Positions 58,363 through 64,000 of a DNA stretch of 64,000 nt are shown piece by piece. Numbering within the stretch: position 1 is the stretch's first letter; each line of letters begins with the position of its first letter. Source of the stretch: an uncultured Chloroflexia bacterium (GTDB lineage: Bacteria > Chloroflexota > Limnocylindria > Limnocylindrales > CSP1-4); assembly GCA_963720755.1 (NCBI GenBank), contig CAVRGP010000011.1, forward strand, positions 192,001-256,000. Reading direction: 5' to 3'. Both the position numbers and the translations under genes were made by a program. Below the pieces are notes generated by a model. The model made no database searches. It was not told the DNA's origin and saw nothing but the letters and a program-made list of their open reading frames with translations.

Positions 58363-59970
58363 ATGACGACCAGCGACTACGACGCCATCGTCATCGGTGG
58401 CGGCCACAACGGCCTTGTCACCGCCGCCTATCTCGGCCGAGCCGGCCTGCGCACGGTCGTCCTCGAGCGTCGCCCGACCGTCGGAGGCGCGGCGGCGACA
58501 TCCGAACTGGCGCCGGGCGCCTTCGTCCCGACCCTCGCGCACACCGTGGGTCGGCTCCGCCCGTCGGTCGTGCGCGACCTCGATCTCAAGCGCCATGGCC
58601 TGTCGCTCATCGGGCCGGACGTCCGGGCCTTCGCCCCGGACCTCGACGGGGGAGCGGTCGTCCTGTGGGGCGATGCGGGACGCACGGCGGAGGGGCTTCG
58701 ACCCAGATCGGCCGCTGACGCCGACGCGTACGAAGGGTACGACCGCCTCGTTCGTACCCTCGCCGGGTTCCTTGGCGGGCTTGCCGGCCGTACGCCGCCG
58801 GATATCGACAAGCCGGGCATGGGTGACGCGATCGCGGGCCTCCAGCTCGGCCGGACGTATCGGGGTCTCGGGCGAGATGCCGGCCGGACGATCACCCGCG
58901 TCCTGCCGATGGCGATCGCCGATTTCCTCGCCGAATCGTTCGAGTCGGACGCGGTCCAGGCCGCGCTCGCGTGGCGCGCCGTGCAGTACACGGCCATGGG
59001 TCCATGGTCGGCCGGCACGACCGCGGTCCTGCTTATCGACGCCGCCGGGAATGACGGCGGCGCGGCCGGCCAGACGGTCTACGCGCGGGGCGGTCCCGGA
59101 GCCTTGAGCCTGGCCCTGGCGGCATCCGCGACGGCGGCCGGTGTCGAGATCCGGACAGGCGCGGACGTCATCGCCATCAGCTCGCGCGACGGCAGGGCCA
59201 CGGGTGTCGTGCTGGCCGGCGGCGAGGAGCTGACCGCCCGGGCCGTCGTGGCCGGGATCGATCCGAAGACGACCCTGACTCGCCTTGCCGATCCCGTCGC
59301 CATCGGGCCGACCCTGCTCTGGCGGGCCGGCAACCTCCGGATGCCGGGCACCGTCGCGAAGGTCAACCTCGTCCTGTCCGAGACGCCGCGGTTCACCGCG
59401 GCCGGCGATGATCCGAGCCTGATCCGTGGCCGGATCCTGATCGCTCCCGGGATCGATGCCCTCGAGCGGGCGCACGACGACGCCAAGTTCGGCCGTCCGT
59501 CCGCGGCCCCGGTGATGGAGGCGACGATCCCGTCGCTTGCCGACCCCACCCTCGTCGAAGGCGCGGAACCCGGGACGCAGGTCATGAGCGTCATCGTCCA
59601 GTACGCGCCGTACGCCCTCCGCGACGGGACCTGGGACGAACGGCGTGCGGCCTTCGGTGATCAGGTCGTGGCCGCGCTCGACGTGTATGCGCCCGGACTG
59701 GCTGGCCTCGTGACCGCTCGGCAGGTCGTGACGCCGCTCGATCTGGAACGGGATCACGGGCTTTCGGGTGGCCATCCGATGCACGGAGAACACGGCCTGG
59801 ACCAGTTCTTCCTGTGGCGCCCGCTGCTCGGGCATGCCCGCTACCGGCTGGCCATCGACGGGCTGTACCTTTCGGGCGCGGGATCGCATCCGGGTGGCGG
59901 GATCACCGGCCAGAACGGCCAGAACGCGGCCAGGGAGATCGTGTCCGACCTCAAGAAGCGTCGCCGCTGA
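58363..59970 (+). CDS. FAD-dependent oxidoreductase, phytoene-desaturase/PYROXD2-like (subunit B)
   Basis: IVIGGGHNGL, TPLDLERDHGL, GAGSHPGGGITGQNG. Divergent paralog of the upstream gene. Confidence 0.9.
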   Translation: MTTSDYDAIVIGGGHNGLVTAAYLGRAGLRTVVLERRPTVGGAAATSELAPGAFVPTLAHTVGRLRPSVVRDLDLKRHGLSLIGPDVRAFAPDLDGGAVVLWGDAGRTAEGLRPRSAADADAYEGYDRLVRTLAGFLGGLAGRTPPDIDKPGMGDAIAGLQLGRTYRGLGRDAGRTITRVLPMAIADFLAESFESDAVQAALAWRAVQYTAMGPWSAGTTAVLLIDAAGNDGGAAGQTVYARGGPGALSLALAASATAAGVEIRTGADVIAISSRDGRATGVVLAGGEELTARAVVAGIDPKTTLTRLADPVAIGPTLLWRAGNLRMPGTVAKVNLVLSETPRFTAAGDDPSLIRGRILIAPGIDALERAHDDAKFGRPSAAPVMEATIPSLADPTLVEGAEPGTQVMSVIVQYAPYALRDGTWDERRAAFGDQVVAALDVYAPGLAGLVTARQVVTPLDLERDHGLSGGHPMHGEHGLDQFFLWRPLLGHARYRLAIDGLYLSGAGSHPGGGITGQNGQNAAREIVSDLKKRRR

Positions 59971-60045
59971 TCAGCCGCCTTCGAGGTGTCGTGGTGGACC
60001 GCAGGCGTCCCATTCGGGTCCCCGTCTCGCTACCATCGTAGGGTC

Positions 60046-60768
60046 ATGACCTCGTCGCCGACGTCGCCCTCATCGGGATCCCAGGTGGCCCGCGCGGCCG
60101 CCGATCCCGTCTCGGACGAGCACCGGGTATTCACGTTCACCCTGGAACGGATCGTCTTCTTCTCGGACGCCGTGTTCGCGATCGCGATCACCCTGCTGTC
60201 CATCGACCTGCGCCTGCCCGACCTCCCGCCGGGTCAGTCCGACGCCTCGTTCCTCGCCGCTCTCGGCGGTCTTGTGCCGTCCTTCGGCGCGTTCATCCTG
60301 AGTTTCATCGTCATCGCCGCCTATTGGATCGGCCACTATCGGACGATGCGCTACGTGACCGATCCGGACGGCCGCTTCGTCGCCATCAACTTCGCCTTCC
60401 TGTTCTGCATCGTGCTCATGCCGTTCGCGACATCGATCATCGCCACCGAGGGCGACCTCGCGAGTGGTGCGATCGTGTACGCAAGCCTTGGCGTGGCGAC
60501 CGGGCTGACGTCGACCCTGCTGTGGGTCTACCCGGCCCGGATCGCCCACCTCGTTGTCCCGGCGGTCACCCCGTCGATCGCCCGGTACGTCACCGATCGG
60601 TTGGCGGTGGTCCCGATCGTGTTCGCGCTGTCGATCCCGGCTGCATTGATCAACCCGCGCCTCGCCTGGCTCCTGTGGTTCGCCGCCGCCCCGATCCAGG
60701 CGATCGTGACTCGACGCCATCGGACGGGCGGCCGGCTCGGGCTCGGTCGTCTGCGGCCGAGCCCATGA
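60046..60768 (+). CDS. TMEM175-family (DUF1211) potassium channel
   Basis: ERIVFFSDAVFAIAITLL signature, YWIGH, LMPFAT. Confidence 0.85.
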   Translation: MTSSPTSPSSGSQVARAAADPVSDEHRVFTFTLERIVFFSDAVFAIAITLLSIDLRLPDLPPGQSDASFLAALGGLVPSFGAFILSFIVIAAYWIGHYRTMRYVTDPDGRFVAINFAFLFCIVLMPFATSIIATEGDLASGAIVYASLGVATGLTSTLLWVYPARIAHLVVPAVTPSIARYVTDRLAVVPIVFALSIPAALINPRLAWLLWFAAAPIQAIVTRRHRTGGRLGLGRLRPSP

Positions 60769-60807
60769 GCTGGGAACCCCGCGCTGCGGGTCGCTCGCGC
60801 GGCCGGG

Positions 60808-61776
60808 TCAGTCGTCCGGTGGCACGTCGGGGAGACGGAACTCCCAGGTGCGGAGCCGCTTGAGCAGGCTCCGGCCGGTCAGGTCAAGGTGGATCGGCGT
60901 GATCGCGATGCGTCGATTGATGACCGCGTGGAAATCCGTCCCGGGGACGGCCAGACCTGACGGTGGCGGTCCGCCGATCCAGAAGTAGGGGATGCCCCGC
61001 GGGTCCTGGCGTTCGATGAGTTGGTCCTGATAGACGCGTTTGCCGAGTCTCGTCACCTCGAACGCCGCGTCCGTCCCCGGTTCGACCGCCGGAACGTTGA
61101 CGTTGATGAGTTCGCCCGGCGACAGTCCGTGCTCCAGGATGTTGAGCGCGACCGCCGCGGCGGCCCGGCCGGCCAGCGAGAAGTCGGGATGCTCGTAGTA
61201 CTCCTGCGAGATCGCGAAGGCCGGGCAGCTGTTGATGACGGCCTCCATGGCCGCGCTGACCGTCCCCGAATAGGTGATGTCGTCGCCGAGGTTCGCCCCG
61301 TAGTTGATCCCGGATGCGACGAGGTCGAAGCCGTGGTCGAAGTAGCCAAGGAAGGCGAGGCTGACCGCGTCCGTGGGCGAACCATCCACGGAGTAGGCGA
61401 GCGATCCATCACCGAGCGTCCGTTCGCGGACCCGCAGCGGTCGCATGAGTGTCTTCTGGTGGCCGACCGCGCTCTGGTTGGTGTCCGGGGCGACGACCGT
61501 CACCTCGCCCAGCGGCTCGAGCGCCTGCTTGAGTGCGAGCAGGCCGCGCGACTCGACGCCGTCGTCGTTGGTGATCAGGATCCTGGGCCGGCTCGTCCAC
61601 TCCCCGAGGGGTCGAGCATGCGCTCGCAGGGCGCGTGGGCCACCGCGCGCCGCACCTCCCGCGACCGGTTCCCCACGCTCCTTGTCGACGTCGCGGCGTT
61701 CCGATCGCGCGCGTTCGCGAGTCATGTCCGGCACCTCAGCCGAACGCTCCTTGTCCGTTGCCTCGTCTTCGGTCAC
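60808..61776 (-). CDS. surE: 5'/3'-nucleotidase SurE (N-terminally extended)
   Basis: ILITNDDG, VVAPDTNQSAVG, DGSPTDAV, SGINYGANLGDDITYSGTVSAAME. GTG 61776 overlaps the AI-2E stop. Confidence 0.93.
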   Translation of the reverse strand: MTEDEATDKERSAEVPDMTRERARSERRDVDKERGEPVAGGAARGGPRALRAHARPLGEWTSRPRILITNDDGVESRGLLALKQALEPLGEVTVVAPDTNQSAVGHQKTLMRPLRVRERTLGDGSLAYSVDGSPTDAVSLAFLGYFDHGFDLVASGINYGANLGDDITYSGTVSAAMEAVINSCPAFAISQEYYEHPDFSLAGRAAAAVALNILEHGLSPGELINVNVPAVEPGTDAAFEVTRLGKRVYQDQLIERQDPRGIPYFWIGGPPPSGLAVPGTDFHAVINRRIAITPIHLDLTGRSLLKRLRTWEFRLPDVPPDD

Positions 61777-62996
61777 GACGATGGAGCGGGCGGATCGGTC
61801 TCGTCGGTCGGATCCACATCGACATCGGCCGCACTGCCCGGTGCCGGCTCTCGCGGGACGCGCACCGGGCGCCCGTCGCGTTCCTCCAGTCGACGGGCCG
61901 CCCGGCCGGCGACCGTCCGGTCGGCGGAGGTCCGCTCCAGGAACTCCATGGCGAACGCGGAAACGACGGCCGCGAACGGGATCCCGAAGATCGCGCCGGG
62001 GATGCCGGCGATCCGGCCGCCGATGAGGACCGAACCGAGCACGACGATCGGGTGGATGCCGACGGCCCCCTGCATGATCCGCGGCTGGAGGACGTTCATC
62101 ACGACGACCCAGCCCGCCCCCATCAGCAGGATCGTCGGGAGGACCAGGTCGGGTCGGAGCACGAGCGCGACGATCACCGGCGGGGTCCACGAGACGAACG
62201 GACCGAAGAACGGGATCATCTGGAGGAAGCCTGCCGAAACGGACGTCAGGGCGGCGAGCGGGAGGCCGAGCAGCAGGTTGGTGGCGAGGGCGATCAGGAA
62301 GTAGACGACGCCCATCAGGGCCTGTCCGCGGAGGAACCCGCCAAACGACCGCGAGACCGAGATCTCGAGGAGCCGCGACTCCACCGAGTACGACGGCGGC
62401 ACGATCCGGAACAGGAAGGCCAGGACGGCGTCCCGGTCGAGGACCATGTAGATCGACAGGAAGAAGACGATGAGCATCGTCCCGACGGCGCTCAGGCTGG
62501 CGACCGCGATCGCCTGGAGTGGCTGGACGAGACTGGCCGCGAGCACGTCGAGGTTGGCCAGGGCCGCCTCCGCCTGCGCGACCAGGTCGATCTGACCGAG
62601 GCCGATCGAGTCAAGGCGTTCCTGCCATGGGGCGACGATCGACGGCAGGTTCGCCCGGATGTCAGGGATCGAAGCCGCGAACTGGGAGATCGACGTGGCC
62701 AGCGCGCCGGCCGCGATCACCACCAGGACCACCAGGACCGCGACCACGGCGGTGTAGACGAGGATCGTCGCGGCTGCTCTCGGGAGATGGGGGATGGCAT
62801 TGACCATCCGGGTGACGACCGGGCTGATGATGAAGGCCAGCAGCCAGGCCAGGAAGAACGTCAGCAGGATGTCGCCGAAGTAGAAGAACAGGTCGGTCAG
62901 CAGGCTGACGATGTAGAAGACGAGGGCGACGACCCCGAGGATGAGCAGCGCGCTCAGGAGGCGTCGATCCCGCGGACCCGGCTGGACGTTCAGCAT
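61773..62996 (-). CDS. AI-2E family transporter
   Basis: FFLAWLLAFIISP, GFLRGQ, IPFFGPF, LQPRIM..AVGIHP, GAIFGIP. Confidence 0.9.
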   Translation of the reverse strand: MLNVQPGPRDRRLLSALLILGVVALVFYIVSLLTDLFFYFGDILLTFFLAWLLAFIISPVVTRMVNAIPHLPRAAATILVYTAVVAVLVVLVVIAAGALATSISQFAASIPDIRANLPSIVAPWQERLDSIGLGQIDLVAQAEAALANLDVLAASLVQPLQAIAVASLSAVGTMLIVFFLSIYMVLDRDAVLAFLFRIVPPSYSVESRLLEISVSRSFGGFLRGQALMGVVYFLIALATNLLLGLPLAALTSVSAGFLQMIPFFGPFVSWTPPVIVALVLRPDLVLPTILLMGAGWVVVMNVLQPRIMQGAVGIHPIVVLGSVLIGGRIAGIPGAIFGIPFAAVVSAFAMEFLERTSADRTVAGRAARRLEERDGRPVRVPREPAPGSAADVDVDPTDETDPPAPSS

Positions 62997-63000
62997 GGCA

Positions 63001-63999
63001 TCAGCGCAAGCCCATCTTCTCCCGCACCTCGTCCATCGTCGCCTCCGCGATCGGGCGGATGCGTTCGGCTCCAGCCGCCAGGATCTCGTCGACCCGACGC
63101 GGGTCGGCCATCAACTCGGTGAACCGGTCACGAGCCTCAGCGTAGCGCGAGATGATCCGCTCGGCGAGGATCCGCTTCATGTCGACGCAGCCGGTTCGTG
63201 CCGTCCGTTCGCCATCCCACAGCGATTCGTAGTCGTCGCCGAAGGCCCGCTGCAACTGGCACACGTTGCAGACTTCCGGCCGGCCCGGGTCGGTCCGCAG
63301 GATCCGCTGGGTATCGGTGACCATGGACATGATCTGCTTGCGGATGACCTCCGGCGGGCCGAGCACGTCGATCGTGTTGCCGACCGACTTGGACATCTTG
63401 CGCACGCCGTCGGTGCCGAGCACGGTCGGTGCGTCCGTGTAGACGGCCTTCGGCTCGGGGAAGGTCTCCCCGTAGCGGGCATTGAAGGCTCGCACGATCT
63501 CGCGCGACAGCTCCAGGTGGGCGGCCTGGTCCTTGCCCACCGGCACGAGGGAGGCCTTGTAGATGATGATGTCGGCGGCCTGCAGCACCGGGTAGGCGAG
63601 CAGGCCGTGGTTGACGTCCTCGGGCTGGTGCTCGCGCTTCTCCTTGTAGGTCGGGGTGCGTTCCAGCCAGCTGACCGGGGTGACGGTCGACAGCAGCCAG
63701 GCCAGCTCCGTGACCTCGGGCCGATGACTCTGGACGAACAACGTGCAGCGGTCGGGGTCGAGCCCGAGGGCCAGCAGCGAGGCCGCCATCTCCCGGGTCC
63801 GACTACGGAGGACGTGCGCATCGTGGGTGCTCGTCAGGGCGTGGTAGTCGACGATGCAGTAGATCGCCTCGTACTCGTCCTGGAGTCGCACATAATTCCG
63901 GACCGCGCCGAGATCGTTGCCCAGATGGACGATCCCGGACGGCTGGATGCCTGAGAAGATCCGAGGTGCCTTGTCGGGCGACGCGAGTGGAGCGGGGGC
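63001..63999 (-). CDS. trpS: Tryptophanyl-tRNA synthetase (start beyond window edge)
   Basis: Frame open to the window end: RIFSGIQPSG..HLGN, YPVLQAADI, VPVGKDQ, KMSKS. Confidence 0.96.
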   Translation of the reverse strand, partial: APAPLASPDKAPRIFSGIQPSGIVHLGNDLGAVRNYVRLQDEYEAIYCIVDYHALTSTHDAHVLRSRTREMAASLLALGLDPDRCTLFVQSHRPEVTELAWLLSTVTPVSWLERTPTYKEKREHQPEDVNHGLLAYPVLQAADIIIYKASLVPVGKDQAAHLELSREIVRAFNARYGETFPEPKAVYTDAPTVLGTDGVRKMSKSVGNTIDVLGPPEVIRKQIMSMVTDTQRILRTDPGRPEVCNVCQLQRAFGDDYESLWDGERTARTGCVDMKRILAERIISRYAEARDRFTELMADPRRVDEILAAGAERIRPIAEATMDEVREKMGLR

Positions 64000-64000
64000 G

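Noticed and set aside
56738-59970. Carotenoid (crtI) biosynthesis genes
   Set aside because: No crtB, crtE or crtY in context. The GGGHNGL and HPGGG motifs fit the PYROXD2-like branch rather than CrtI.
1-64000. CRISPR arrays, tRNA/rRNA genes, IS elements, integrases, prophage or defence systems
   Set aside because: Intergenic gaps are short and were read individually. No repeat-spacer periodicity, cloverleaf, transposase or phage motifs were seen. This was manual reading only, so weak signals could be missed.

Overview
High-GC (roughly 70%) bacterial chromosomal window, almost entirely coding. It probably comes from a monoderm Chloroflexota; this is an inference from gene order, btuFCD without btuB and the style of the hypothetical proteins, and no database search was possible. 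In order, the window holds: the end of a classical menaquinone operon (menD'-H-B-A-C-E-G) whose MenE carries a fused alpha/beta-hydrolase; an ABC-2 exporter; udgB; a Firmicutes-like dnaJ-prmA-HIT-rpsU-yqeY-7TM/HD-ybeY block; pth-mfd; a SAM-cycle/salvage block (apt, mtnA, GNAT, ahcY, S9 peptidase, Na+/H+ antiporter, metK); GDP-mannose genes; a SWIM-finger protein with a structured leader; a four-gene secreted/lipoprotein cluster with an atypical zincin; a cobalamin riboswitch with btuFCD; an orphan GT2; a PLP aminotransferase; a GcvT-like aminomethyltransferase; a large FtsX/MacB-type ABC system; two phytoene-desaturase-like flavoproteins; a TMEM175 channel; surE; an AI-2E transporter; and a partial trpS. 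No tRNA, rRNA, CRISPR array or transposase was recognised. Best candidates for undescribed biology: (1) a GcvT-like protein plus two flavoproteins linked by a shared 20-bp motif found 8 kb apart, a putative split folate-coupled demethylase; (2) the MenE-hydrolase fusion as a candidate replacement for the missing MenI thioesterase; (3) the DExxHxxGxxH zincin cluster; (4) MtnA with a twin-arginine-like N-terminal extension.
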